From positions 57,593 to 121,592 of the forward strand of contig OZ241971.1 in the NCBI GenBank assembly GCA_965204155.1: a DNA stretch of 64,000 nt. Reading direction: 5' to 3'. Origin of the DNA: Candidatus Rariloculaceae bacterium (GTDB taxonomy: Bacteria > Pseudomonadota > Gammaproteobacteria > Steroidobacterales > Rariloculaceae). The notes under the pieces were generated by a model, which saw only the letters and a program-made list of their open reading frames with translations, was not told where the DNA came from and did no database searches. The translations under genes and the position numbers were made by a program. Shown here one piece after another: positions 29,113 to 38,758 of the stretch. Within the stretch, counting starts at the first letter, position 1. Each line of letters opens with the position of its first letter.

Positions 29113-30093
29113 ATGAACCGCGTGCAGTTTTTTCTGGCTGTCCTTGGGATCATCGCGTTTGCCGGCCCGTCGAACTCGCATCACAGCGACGCAATCTACG
29201 ATCGCGACGTCACGGTGGCGGGCGAAGGCGTCGTGACGCGCTACACCTACCGTAATCCGCACGTACTCATCGGTGTCGAGCTTGCGAACAATGACGGTGA
29301 AATTATTGAGTGGCTCGTCGAGACGGGCTCCACACCGATCATGAACCGCAGCGGCTGGTCGGCGGAGATGCTGAGCCCCGGCGACCGAATCAACGTGCGC
29401 CTGCACCCCGAGCGCACGGGAAATCTGCACGGTATCCTGCACTCGCTCGAGACGTCTGAAGGCCAGGTGTTCATGCAGATCGAGGATGCCGCAGTTGAGA
29501 CCGTCCCTGCCGAGAGCCTCGCGGGCGTCTGGCGAGGCGCACGCCAACCGGGCGCCTTTCAGCGGATGCGCAGCATGGCTGTCACCCCAGCGGCCGAGGC
29601 CGGGCGCGCGGCCTACGCCGAGAATGGACCCGATCCTAGCCGCGAATGCGATCCTGCAACCGCGCCGTTCAATATTGCCAGCGGCCTCTATCTGACCGGC
29701 ATCGAATTGCTCGACGACCGCGTGATCCTGCGCAACGAGTTCCTCGACGTCTACCGTGAGGTCTGGACGGACGGGCGCGAGCACCCGGCCGACGGCGAGT
29801 ACACGCTCCAGGGGCACTCCATCGGCTGGTGGGAAGACGACACGCTCGTGGTCGACACCCGCTTCTTCGAGGAAAACCCCAGCGGCAACGGCCGGGGCGG
29901 AACGCCGTCGAGCCGCCAGAAGCATGTCGTGGAGCGTTATTCGCTCACGGAGGACGGCATGCGCGCCGGCGTGGACTACGTTCTTGAAGACCCGGTGTAT
30001 CTCGCCGAGCCGTTCGAAGGCCGCGTCGAGATGATCTATTCGCCGCATCTCGAACTCGTCGACTACAACTGCATTCCCGGCACACTGGGCTGA
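29113..30093 (+). CDS. Secreted DUF6152-like + partner domain
   Basis: AGGAG RBS; SNS-HHSDAIYD, NPHV, WLVE; DPSREC, GHSIGWWEDDTLVV, DPVYL, YNC. Confidence 0.82.
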   Translation: MNRVQFFLAVLGIIAFAGPSNSHHSDAIYDRDVTVAGEGVVTRYTYRNPHVLIGVELANNDGEIIEWLVETGSTPIMNRSGWSAEMLSPGDRINVRLHPERTGNLHGILHSLETSEGQVFMQIEDAAVETVPAESLAGVWRGARQPGAFQRMRSMAVTPAAEAGRAAYAENGPDPSRECDPATAPFNIASGLYLTGIELLDDRVILRNEFLDVYREVWTDGREHPADGEYTLQGHSIGWWEDDTLVVDTRFFEENPSGNGRGGTPSSRQKHVVERYSLTEDGMRAGVDYVLEDPVYLAEPFEGRVEMIYSPHLELVDYNCIPGTLG

Positions 30094-30111
30094 ATCGGGT
30101 TGGAGCAGGGC

Positions 30112-31134
30112 ATGCGCGCGCTTCAGGTCAGCCTCTTGTCGGTAGCCTCGTTCGCGACCTTCTGCGCGTCAGCGCACCACAGCAACTATCAGTTCGACAC
30201 GGACACCGTCGTGACACTCGAAGGCACCGTGACGGGATTCGAGTGGAAGAATCCGCATATCTTCTTCAACATTGACACGACCGACGAGAACGGCGACCGC
30301 GTGAACTACCAGGTGGAAGGCGACGGCGTGGGAATGTCGGCGCCGCTGGGCTGGACAAGGGATGCGCTCGCGATTGGCGACCGCATCACCGTGGAGGCCA
30401 GCCCGCCCACCGATCCCCGGCGACGCTCCCTGCTCGGCCGAGGCGTGGTGAAGGCGGACGGCACGATCCTGCCGATGAACTCGGAGTTTCACTCCGGCTA
30501 TCCGGAACCGACCGTGGAGATCGGCGCGGCGACGGATATCTCGGGGCGCTGGCTCCCGCGTATAGAGGACTTCTACGCCGGCCTTCCGAACGGGGCCTCG
30601 CATCCGCTGACCGAGCGGGGGCGGGTCGCTGCCGAGGCGTTCAACCCACGGGAAAACCCGCAGTACGACTGTGTTCAGCACGCGGCGCCGCGGATCATGC
30701 TCTACCCGGCGATCAACGCCATCGAAACTCACGAGGACAGAATCACCCTTCGGCCGGACTGGTCGAACATCGAGCGGGTGGTCTGGATGGACGGGCGCAG
30801 CCACCCGGGCGGCGGCGAGCGAACGCCCCAGGGACATTCCATCGGTCACTGGGAGGGCGAGACGCTAGTGGTCGATACGGCGCTATTCTCTGCGCATCCC
30901 GCGAGCAGCCTTCGGCGGCTCCCGGTGCCATCGAGCGAGGAGAAGCATCTCGTGGAGCGCTTCACGCTTGCCGAAGGTGCAACAAGGTTGATGTACGAAA
31001 TCCTGGTGGAGGATCCTGTCTACTTGGCGGAGCCTGTGACTCAGACCCACGAGTGGGACTACCGGCCCGACATCGTGCCGGGAGAAATGGACTGCGACCT
31101 GGACTCCGCCCGGCGCCATTTGATTGACCGATGA
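30112..31134 (+). CDS. Secreted DUF6152-like + partner domain
   Basis: ASA-HHSNYQFD, WKNPH; NPQYDC, GHSIGHWEGETLVV, DPVYL, MDC. Confidence 0.82.
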   Translation: MRALQVSLLSVASFATFCASAHHSNYQFDTDTVVTLEGTVTGFEWKNPHIFFNIDTTDENGDRVNYQVEGDGVGMSAPLGWTRDALAIGDRITVEASPPTDPRRRSLLGRGVVKADGTILPMNSEFHSGYPEPTVEIGAATDISGRWLPRIEDFYAGLPNGASHPLTERGRVAAEAFNPRENPQYDCVQHAAPRIMLYPAINAIETHEDRITLRPDWSNIERVVWMDGRSHPGGGERTPQGHSIGHWEGETLVVDTALFSAHPASSLRRLPVPSSEEKHLVERFTLAEGATRLMYEILVEDPVYLAEPVTQTHEWDYRPDIVPGEMDCDLDSARRHLIDR

Positions 31135-31958
31135 CTACCATGGCTGTATTTCGACGCCTCGGATTCATGCTCATCGCGCTGGCCTGCGTGCCGGTGCTGT
31201 TTTCGCTGCGGGTCCTGGCCCACCACAGCCTGACCGTATTCGACAGGGACACGGAAGTCTCCATGGACGGCACCGTGGTCGAGTGGTACCTCGGCATGCC
31301 GCACGCTCATTTGAAGATCGAGACCACCGACGCGAACGGGCAAGCGACCGTCTACCAGCTCGATTTCGGCAATACCCCCCGCATGGTCGAGGACAACAAC
31401 TGGGACGAGAGCAGTTTTCAGCCAGGCGATCGGGTCAGCGTGACCGGCTCGCCCTCACGCCTCAGCAACGATTCACGGTTGCTGGTGGCAAGCCTCCGCC
31501 TGCCCGACGGTGAAGTTGCGACGCTTGCCTTCGCGCTCGAAGCTCCGCCTGCCTCTGAAGAGGTTGGTGGCGCGGGCGAAGGCGATGCCGTTGCCCGATT
31601 CACGGCCGGACTTCCGATGGAGCGTATCACCCTGCCGAGAATCACCTTTTCCGGAGAGATTACAGCCGCAAGCTGGACCGATACGAGCGTGACGATGACG
31701 GTCAGAGGCACGGAGGAAGGCGGGACGGAGCAGGAATACCGGCTGCAATATGTCGGAGCGCCGCTGCTTCATGAAGCCCAGGGTGCGCACGAGGACAATT
31801 TTCCGGTCGGTACGGCCGTTCGTGTCACAGGCTTCATCGACCGCGGGGAAGGCAATATCGTGTTTCCGGAAAATCTCCATGCGGGCGAGAAGACCATCGG
31901 CAATCGAATACGTGCGGCGCGCGCCGCCCTGCAGCATCTCGGGGTTATAGAACCCTGA
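31131..31958 (+). CDS. Secreted tandem DUF6152-like protein
   Basis: VLA-HHSLTVFD, GMPHAHL, second degenerate repeat; ATGA overlap with the upstream gene. Confidence 0.75.
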   Translation: MTTMAVFRRLGFMLIALACVPVLFSLRVLAHHSLTVFDRDTEVSMDGTVVEWYLGMPHAHLKIETTDANGQATVYQLDFGNTPRMVEDNNWDESSFQPGDRVSVTGSPSRLSNDSRLLVASLRLPDGEVATLAFALEAPPASEEVGGAGEGDAVARFTAGLPMERITLPRITFSGEITAASWTDTSVTMTVRGTEEGGTEQEYRLQYVGAPLLHEAQGAHEDNFPVGTAVRVTGFIDRGEGNIVFPENLHAGEKTIGNRIRAARAALQHLGVIEP

Positions 31959-31970
31959 CGAACAAGGTTC

Positions 31971-33068
31971 ATGTTCATGAAATGCACAGCCGGAATCTTT
32001 CCAGCCATTGCAACGCTGATGGCATCCCCGCTTGCAAACGCACATCACTCGTTTGCGGCGGAATTCGACAGAAACGATCCAGGGCAACTGGAAGGCGTCA
32101 TTACCGGCGTCAACTGGAGCAATCCCCACGTCAGCTACGAACTTGACATCGTCAACGATCAGGGTGAGACGGAATCCTGGGAAGTACAGACATTCCCGAC
32201 CGGCGGTCTGATCGGAAGGGGTTGGAACAGGGACACCCTGCCTGTCGGGAGTCGGGTCACGGTTTCCGGTTCCAGGGGCAGGAACTTCACGAAAAAACTG
32301 TATCTCGATCTCGATACTGTTGAGCTCTTCGATGGCGGCACATGGCGCCCCGTGGGCGGAAGCCTGGCGGCCGATGCGAATCTGGCAAACGCAGATGCCG
32401 GAGACGTGGACTTTGGCGGACAGCCAAACGAGTACCCGGCCGACATCACCGGCGCCTGGAACAACAGACACAACTTCAGAGTGACTGTCGACGATCTCAC
32501 CCCCAAACCGACCCCATTCACGGACGAGGGACGCGCGGTGTACGAAGCCACCGAGGAGTGGCAGGACGTGTACAAGTTTTGCGTACCGAACCTGCCCCGC
32601 CTGTTCGGTTCGCCGCGACGTATGGAAATTGTCGATGCCGGCGACTACTACCTGATGGTTTTCGGCGCTAGGGATATCGCCCGCCGCATATTCATGGACG
32701 GGCGGACGCCGGTGGCGCCCGATCACTTGTCGACGCTAGGGCACTCGAATGGCCGTTGGGAGGGCGACACGTTCATTGTCGAGACGACCAACCTGCTGCC
32801 GGGCTGGCTTGACGGCTCGGGATTGCCCATGTCCGGCGGGGACGGTACGCGACTGGTGGAAACCTACAACATCAGTGAAGACGGGTTGACGATCGACCGC
32901 GAAATGGTCATTCACGACGACTATTACACCGAGCCCCTGACGCGCCGGCGCGGATCCATTCGCGGAGATGTCCCGCTGTACCAGGATCTGCCCTGCAATC
33001 CTGTGCCGTTCATCGAAGATCTGGCGGAACGGGGATTGCTCGACGACGCTCTGAGGATGCATCAATAG
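31971..33068 (+). CDS. Secreted DUF6152-like + partner domain
   Basis: ANA-HHSFAAEFD, WSNPH; KFCVP, GHSNGRWEGDTFIV, PCNP. Confidence 0.85.
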   Translation: MFMKCTAGIFPAIATLMASPLANAHHSFAAEFDRNDPGQLEGVITGVNWSNPHVSYELDIVNDQGETESWEVQTFPTGGLIGRGWNRDTLPVGSRVTVSGSRGRNFTKKLYLDLDTVELFDGGTWRPVGGSLAADANLANADAGDVDFGGQPNEYPADITGAWNNRHNFRVTVDDLTPKPTPFTDEGRAVYEATEEWQDVYKFCVPNLPRLFGSPRRMEIVDAGDYYLMVFGARDIARRIFMDGRTPVAPDHLSTLGHSNGRWEGDTFIVETTNLLPGWLDGSGLPMSGGDGTRLVETYNISEDGLTIDREMVIHDDYYTEPLTRRRGSIRGDVPLYQDLPCNPVPFIEDLAERGLLDDALRMHQ

Positions 33069-33289
33069 GTATCGGAACTTCAGAAATCAGACCGTACGAG
33101 TGAGCGACGGCGAATTGATCGGTTCGACGACGCAGGTCTACGATGACGCCCGGTTCGGTAAGCTCATGCACGACGGCGAGAGCGCGCACCTCTGCCGCAT
33201 CCGCGTCGCCAATCTCCGCGAGCCCCGTGTTGATAACGTCCCCGATACCCGGGTACCAATAGCTGTTGCCAATCGTCACAGGAAATGCG

Positions 33290-35026
33290 TCACTCGACAA
33301 CCACTACGCCGACTTCTGCCGCGTAGTCGTACCACGCCTCGACGAGTTCGTTCAGCAGTTCCGGACGGGCCGCGGCCAGATCGTTCCGCTCGTAGGGATC
33401 CGTCTGCATTTCGAACAGTTCCCAGCTCGCCTGCCCGTCCTCATCCGGCATCCAGAGCAACTTCCAGTCGCCGCGGACCAGCGCCCGCTGGCCGCTGAGT
33501 TCCCAGCCGATGACTTCGTCGGGGGCATGTACGGGCCCGTCATCGCCGAGCAAATGCCCGAGAAAGGAAGTCCCGCGCATGGGAAGAACCGGCCGGTGCA
33601 TGTACATGTCGCCGGGGTGCTCCGCGCCCGCGAGTTCGAGCAAGGTGGGCATCACGTCCTGTATCGTCAGATAGGCGTGAGAAATACTGCCGGGATCCGC
33701 GAGCGATCCGTGATTCGCGAACGCGGCAACGCGCACACCCCCTTCGGCCATGGCGGTCTTCACATCGCGGAACGGCGCCATGGCTGCTTCCGCCCAGCCA
33801 CGGCCAATGTCCGTGAACGAATCCCGGTCGCCGATATTCTCAAGGCTGTTGTCATAGCCCTCCGCCCTTGCTTCATTGAAACTGCCGGAGGCGCCGTTGT
33901 CCGACATGAACAGAATGAACGTCTCCTCGAGCTGATCCGTCGCGCGCAGATACTCCAGCAGGCGGCCGATGTGGAAATCCATGTTGCCCATCATGGCCGC
34001 GAAGACCTCCATGCGCCGCTCCTGTTCAGCCCGCTCTTCCGCGCCGAGCGATGACCAGGGGGCGGACTGTCGTTGAAAACCCGCCATGTCCGGGGCCGCC
34101 GGCAGGACACCGAGCTCGTGCGCGCGCCCGGCACGCCGGTCGCGAATGACGTCATACCCTTCCGAATACTGACCCGCATACCGGTCGCGCCAGTCTTCCG
34201 GCGCCTGCATCGGCCAATGCGGCGCGCTCAACGCGAGATACGCGAAGAACGGCCGGCCGGTTCCGCGGTTTGCGTCCACGTACTCGATGATCTTGTCGGT
34301 AAAGAACCCGGTGGAGTAATAATCGGGTGAAAGCTCTTTGACGACATCCCAGTTCTCGCGAAAGACCAGCGGGTCGGCCCGATCGATGCCGCCGTGCGCG
34401 CCCCCGTCTGCCGGCCTGAGGTGCAGTGCCGTCCCGGTGGTGTGCGCGAACGATGAATCGAACCCCCGGCCGGCGGGGTTGTGTTCCTCCACCAGCGCCC
34501 GTCCGAGATCCCACTTGCCGGCCATGTAGGTGTGATAGCCCGCATCGCGCAGGACTTCGGGCAGCGCGGCAACGCGATAACTCAGATAGCCTTCGTATCC
34601 CGGCTGCGCGTAGCCGGGTTCGTCCTGAGACGGTTCGCGTCCGTCGTCGTAGTCCCGCTTGATGTTCATCGAGCCGATGCCGGCCTCGTGATTGTCCATC
34701 CCGGACAGGAGCATTGCGCGAGCTGGCGCGCAGACCGGCGCCGCGTGGAAGTTGGCGAGGCGAACGCCGTCCATCGCCAGTGCATCGAGATTCGGCGTCG
34801 GAATCTCCCCGCCGAAGGAGCCGATGTCCGTATAGCCCATGTCATCCGTGACGATCAGCAGGATATTCGGCCGGTCTTCCGAATCGGCCGCCGTTTCGTC
34901 AGGTGAGTCGTCGGCATGTGCAGGTTCCTGCGAGACCGCGACGCCTGCAACCGCCATGAGACCGATCACTGCAGTCGCAGTGCGCAAGCTGCTCATGATT
35001 TCGCGTATCGCCGACTGCCTGATCAT
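33290..35026 (-). CDS. Secreted arylsulfatase (AtsA-like)
   Basis: RPNILLIVTDDMG, CAPARAMLLSG, GKWDLG, APHWPMQAP, SDNG. Start placed at 35026 (GAGAGGG RBS), not 35764. Confidence 0.9.
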   Translation of the reverse strand: MIRQSAIREIMSSLRTATAVIGLMAVAGVAVSQEPAHADDSPDETAADSEDRPNILLIVTDDMGYTDIGSFGGEIPTPNLDALAMDGVRLANFHAAPVCAPARAMLLSGMDNHEAGIGSMNIKRDYDDGREPSQDEPGYAQPGYEGYLSYRVAALPEVLRDAGYHTYMAGKWDLGRALVEEHNPAGRGFDSSFAHTTGTALHLRPADGGAHGGIDRADPLVFRENWDVVKELSPDYYSTGFFTDKIIEYVDANRGTGRPFFAYLALSAPHWPMQAPEDWRDRYAGQYSEGYDVIRDRRAGRAHELGVLPAAPDMAGFQRQSAPWSSLGAEERAEQERRMEVFAAMMGNMDFHIGRLLEYLRATDQLEETFILFMSDNGASGSFNEARAEGYDNSLENIGDRDSFTDIGRGWAEAAMAPFRDVKTAMAEGGVRVAAFANHGSLADPGSISHAYLTIQDVMPTLLELAGAEHPGDMYMHRPVLPMRGTSFLGHLLGDDGPVHAPDEVIGWELSGQRALVRGDWKLLWMPDEDGQASWELFEMQTDPYERNDLAAARPELLNELVEAWYDYAAEVGVVVVE

Positions 35027-35218
35027 GGCCGTGCCCTCTCGATCAAACGCCTTTGCGGCAGGCTGCCATTTGAACCGGCGCAAGGCAAGCAATAAGGTAG
35101 TCGACGTGCTGCAGAGGCCGCTCGGGAGTCTCAGCGGAGAGCGGCACAATACGACTGGTCGTTTCCCCGACAACGGCCGTTGGGTAGAATCTGTCTTACG
35201 TCTCAATGGATGATGCAC

Positions 35219-35602
35219 ATGAAGAACCTGATTCTGGTGTCGGTCTGCTGCATTGGCCTGGTGACCGCGGCAATGGCCCACCACGGCGGCGGCAGCTACT
35301 GGACTGCCGACCGGCTGATCGGGCCCGTCTCGGGCACGGCAACCGACTTTTCCTTCAACTTTCCCCATGTCTCCTTCGCTCTGGACATTCCGGACGAACA
35401 GGGAAATGCGGTCAATCACCGGATGTCGATCCGGTGGACGCCTACCGTGCTCCGCAGTATGGGATGGCGGCGAGACACGATCGGGCCCGGTGACGAGCTC
35501 ACGATCACCTTCGTCCCGCACAAGCTGGACCCCACGGTCGGATCGCTGAGGAGCCTCGAGGTGAACGACGTGCCGCTGGCCATCGAACCGCCCGAAGAAT
35601 GA
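35219..35602 (+). CDS. Secreted stand-alone DUF6152-like protein
   Basis: AMA-HHGG, FNFPHV, GWRRDTIGPGDELT. Confidence 0.8.
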   Translation: MKNLILVSVCCIGLVTAAMAHHGGGSYWTADRLIGPVSGTATDFSFNFPHVSFALDIPDEQGNAVNHRMSIRWTPTVLRSMGWRRDTIGPGDELTITFVPHKLDPTVGSLRSLEVNDVPLAIEPPEE

Positions 35603-35644
35603 GTCCCGGGGAATGTGCCCCGGCTTGTGCCCCCCGGCGATAGT

Positions 35645-35714
35645 GGGCCTTGGGGTATGGGCCTTGGCGTATGGGCCCTGGGTTATGAGCCCTGGGGTGT
35701 AGGCCCTGGGAACA
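35645..35714 (+). repeat. Intergenic 14-bp G-rich tandem repeat x5
   Basis: gggccttggggtat / gggccttggcgtat / gggccctgggttat / gagccctggggtgt / aggccctgggaaca. Confidence 0.85.
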
Positions 35715-35733
35715 GGACTGACAGGAGTCATTG

Positions 35734-36579
35734 ATGATACGTACAGACCGCCGCCGCAGAACACGTAGCTGGCCCGCCCGCCTTGTGGCCGGCGCCATGC
35801 TCGCGGGCCTTTCCACGCTATCCGCCCAGCAGAACGATGAAGCCTTCGACCCGCGCGATCTCTCCGGGAACTGGGACCGGGAAACCGCCATCGTCACCTA
35901 CAGCAATGTACCGGGATCTTTCCGCAGCCCGGTCAACCTGCCACTACCCGATCAGGGGCCAACCGCAGAGCCACCCTTCACGGAGGAAGGGCGCAGGCAA
36001 TACCTGGAGAACATGCCCGGCTACGGCGCCAACCGCAGGGAGTTCGAGCGAAACGATCCGTTCGGGCGGTGCGAGCCCGCCGGCATTCCCCGAAACCTGA
36101 CGGTCGAGATCATCGAGCCTCACGACACTTTCGAGATTGTCCAGACGGACGATCGCATCCTGCAGTTCTTCGAGTACCGTCACGACTGGCGGGAGATCTG
36201 GATGGACGGCCGCGAGCTGCCCGCGTTCGAGGATACCTGGCCCACCTGGAACGGGTTCTCCGTCGGGCGTTTCGAGGGCGACACCCTCGTCGTGGAGACC
36301 ATCGGTTTCGATGCCAGGACCTGGTTGGACAAGTACGGCCACCCCCATTCCGAGGAGATGCGGCTGGAGGAGCGTTACCGCCGACTGGACGCAGATACAC
36401 TCGAACTGACCATGACGATCTGGGACCCGGTGATTTACAGCGAGCCCTGGGATAGCGACACGAAAATCTACTCGCTCAACCGAGATCGCCATCACCAGTG
36501 GGACGAGCAGATCTACTGCGTGCCGGCGGAGGAATTCTCGGCGCAGGATCTCTTCGGCACGGGAAACACCATCGACTGA
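35734..36579 (+). CDS. Secreted protein with only the DUF6152 partner domain
   Basis: DLSGNW, NDPFGRCEPAGIP, REIWMDGR, GFSVGRFEGDTLVV, DPVIYSEPW, IYC; AGGAG RBS. Confidence 0.82.
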   Translation: MIRTDRRRRTRSWPARLVAGAMLAGLSTLSAQQNDEAFDPRDLSGNWDRETAIVTYSNVPGSFRSPVNLPLPDQGPTAEPPFTEEGRRQYLENMPGYGANRREFERNDPFGRCEPAGIPRNLTVEIIEPHDTFEIVQTDDRILQFFEYRHDWREIWMDGRELPAFEDTWPTWNGFSVGRFEGDTLVVETIGFDARTWLDKYGHPHSEEMRLEERYRRLDADTLELTMTIWDPVIYSEPWDSDTKIYSLNRDRHHQWDEQIYCVPAEEFSAQDLFGTGNTID

Positions 36580-36628
36580 CCCGGGCCGGTTCGAGGCCGC
36601 CGCGATAACCCGAAGCGCAATGCCCCGG

Positions 36629-36988
36629 CTATTCGAGGATCTCCAGCGATGAGCGCTCCAGCGCCAGACGCGGCCTTCCTTCCCTGCCCAGGCGGCCCGA
36701 CACCCTGATTCGGTCGCCGACCTTCACCGTGTCTCTTGTCCAGCCGGAGCTCGCCATGCCGTTGAGATTGGAGGATTCGAGGTCCCAGAGCCTCGTGGCG
36801 CCGTCTTCCCCGGCGACCTCGATGTAATAGTGAACGTGGGGGTTTGCCCAGAAGACCTCCACCACGACTCCCTCAATCGTTCCGACCTCTTCGATGTAGT
36901 TGGCCGACAGCGCATGATGACCGTGTGCCGCCACGCACATGAGACTGGCGGCGCAGGCGATCAGGAGATTGCGACGAGCATGCTTCAT
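36629..36988 (-). CDS. Secreted stand-alone DUF6152-like protein
   Basis: AHG-HHALSANY, WANPHV, WDLE, GWTRDTVKVGDRI. Confidence 0.85.
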   Translation of the reverse strand: MKHARRNLLIACAASLMCVAAHGHHALSANYIEEVGTIEGVVVEVFWANPHVHYYIEVAGEDGATRLWDLESSNLNGMASSGWTRDTVKVGDRIRVSGRLGREGRPRLALERSSLEILE

Positions 36989-37005
36989 GGTTCCGCCCCC
37001 ATTCA

Positions 37006-38055
37006 TTACAGACGGTTACGCGACCGTCCCCAGTATTCCTCCAACCTCCCATCCAGTTGCAGCCCCCGGTAGAAGGCATGGGGGTCGCACGAGTACTCGC
37101 CGATTTCCGAGTCGTCCGGCAGGCGCTCTCGAACCTGGTGCATCAGTATCGGCCGATGATAGTTGATCGGGTCGCTGAGGCTGAACTCGATATGCAGATT
37201 TCCGTCATCGTCCAGATTCCAGCGCTCCGTGACGACGGCGCCGGCGTTGAAGGGCATTCCGGCCGCGTCCCATACCGCCCGCTTCAATCCCCGGGTCTCG
37301 ACCACAAGCGTTGAACCCTCCCAGCGCCCGATCGAGTAACCCATGGACAAGTGCGCGTCATCGATCCCATCCGGAAACGGTCTTCCATCCAGGTGGATCC
37401 TGCGCACCTCGTGCAGGTCCTCGTGAAGAACGAAGATCCGGCCCCTGCCCTCGACGACCTCGATATCGAACGGCCCGTGCGACATGCGCATCAGGCCGTC
37501 GGAGACGCAGCGCAGAATCGGGTCGTCGATGGTCAAATCATAGGCCTCCTGTGCCGCACGGCCCGCTTCGGTCTGATCGAACGAATACTTGCTGATGATG
37601 GCCGGCCCGCCCCAGATGCCGGTGAGATCGGCCGGATCGGGCGCCGGCGGCGGGCTCTCGGGCATCGGCTTCGGAGTCGCCCGCCAGGCTCCACGCGCTT
37701 CCCCTTCCTCGGTGACCGTGCCCGTCAGAACGCCGTCATCCAACACGCCTTCGAGAATGCTCAGGTGCACCCGGTCACCCACATCCGTCCAGTCGAAGTC
37801 GAAGCGAATGCGATCGTCCTCAAGGGCCAACAGATTCACGGGTCCACCATCGATATAGACGTTCACGCTGCCGCCCGACGGCTCGATCGTCAGCGTGCCA
37901 TACGCCGGCCAGCGCGAATTCCCCTGCTCCAGCCAGAGCAGCCACTCGCCGACAAGGGCGCTGTCCTGCGACGCTGCCCACGTCGGCAACAGCGCCAGTA
38001 CGAAGCAAACCTTCAAAGCGATCGTCTTGATACGGCGTAGCGGGGTTTCTTGCAT
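37006..38055 (-). CDS. Secreted beta-rich domain + DUF6152 partner domain
   Basis: LVGEW...GVLTG N-domain, then DLTGIW, DDPILRC, GYSIGRWEGSTLVV, YSCDP. Confidence 0.78.
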   Translation of the reverse strand: MQETPLRRIKTIALKVCFVLALLPTWAASQDSALVGEWLLWLEQGNSRWPAYGTLTIEPSGGSVNVYIDGGPVNLLALEDDRIRFDFDWTDVGDRVHLSILEGVLDDGVLTGTVTEEGEARGAWRATPKPMPESPPPAPDPADLTGIWGGPAIISKYSFDQTEAGRAAQEAYDLTIDDPILRCVSDGLMRMSHGPFDIEVVEGRGRIFVLHEDLHEVRRIHLDGRPFPDGIDDAHLSMGYSIGRWEGSTLVVETRGLKRAVWDAAGMPFNAGAVVTERWNLDDDGNLHIEFSLSDPINYHRPILMHQVRERLPDDSEIGEYSCDPHAFYRGLQLDGRLEEYWGRSRNRL

Positions 38056-38087
38056 CAGTGTCCCTTGGTGAGGTGTCTTGGTATACC

Positions 38088-38492
38088 CTAGTTCAGGGTT
38101 ACGCTGAAGTCGCCGACCATGTCGCCCTGGACCCATTCGCCGGACAGGCTCCGCTCCGCAGGGGAAGTGACGTTTTCGATGCGGCCTTCAATGCGGTAAC
38201 TGATCGTGTTCCCGTCGGCGTCCTCTCCGGTTCCTTCCAGCACGACCGTCCAGGTGGGGGCATCCAGAGACGCGCTGGTGATCGGAACTGCATGGCGCCC
38301 CGGGTTGATGATGCCGCCGATGTTCTCCCCATCGTATTCCAGAAGCAGCAGCACTCGATTGCGCTCCTCCGCGTTCGTGCCCCAGTAGCCGCTCCAGGTT
38401 CCCACCAGCGGATGGCCGTGCTGGGCAAGGCCAGGACCCTGCAAGCCGATAAGCAGTGCGGTAACGGCGGTGATTCTGGCGAAGTTGTGCAT
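38088..38492 (-). CDS. Secreted small beta-rich hypothetical protein with N-terminal QHGH
   Basis: Signal peptide GLA-QHGHPLVGTWSG; GAGG RBS. Confidence 0.72.
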   Translation of the reverse strand: MHNFARITAVTALLIGLQGPGLAQHGHPLVGTWSGYWGTNAEERNRVLLLLEYDGENIGGIINPGRHAVPITSASLDAPTWTVVLEGTGEDADGNTISYRIEGRIENVTSPAERSLSGEWVQGDMVGDFSVTLN

Positions 38493-38758
38493 GGCATTTG
38501 TCCTCGTTGGTCGCTTGCGGTGTAACTTCAGGATACCCAACAGTTGCAGCAATGATAATGAACCGGAGCGGGCACGTGCAGCCCGCGCTATTCCTTTTTT
38601 GCAAAAAAACGTGCTTTTTCAGTCCGGTGGATTGCCGCTCTACCATCGATGTGCAATCTTGGTCTCCATGAGGAGTGACCGCGCGACAGGCTTGCTCAGC
38701 ATGCGTGGATGAGCGGCGCAAAAACTTGTGTTCTGCAAATGAAAGGTGAGCTATTGCC

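Noticed and set aside
35645-35714. Possible CRISPR array
   Set aside because: Units are 14 bp, directly adjacent with no spacers, and there are no cas genes.
35027-35764. 824-aa ORF-track extension of the arylsulfatase
   Set aside because: It is antisense to the DUF6152 gene at 35219. The signal peptide and RBS indicate a start at 35026.
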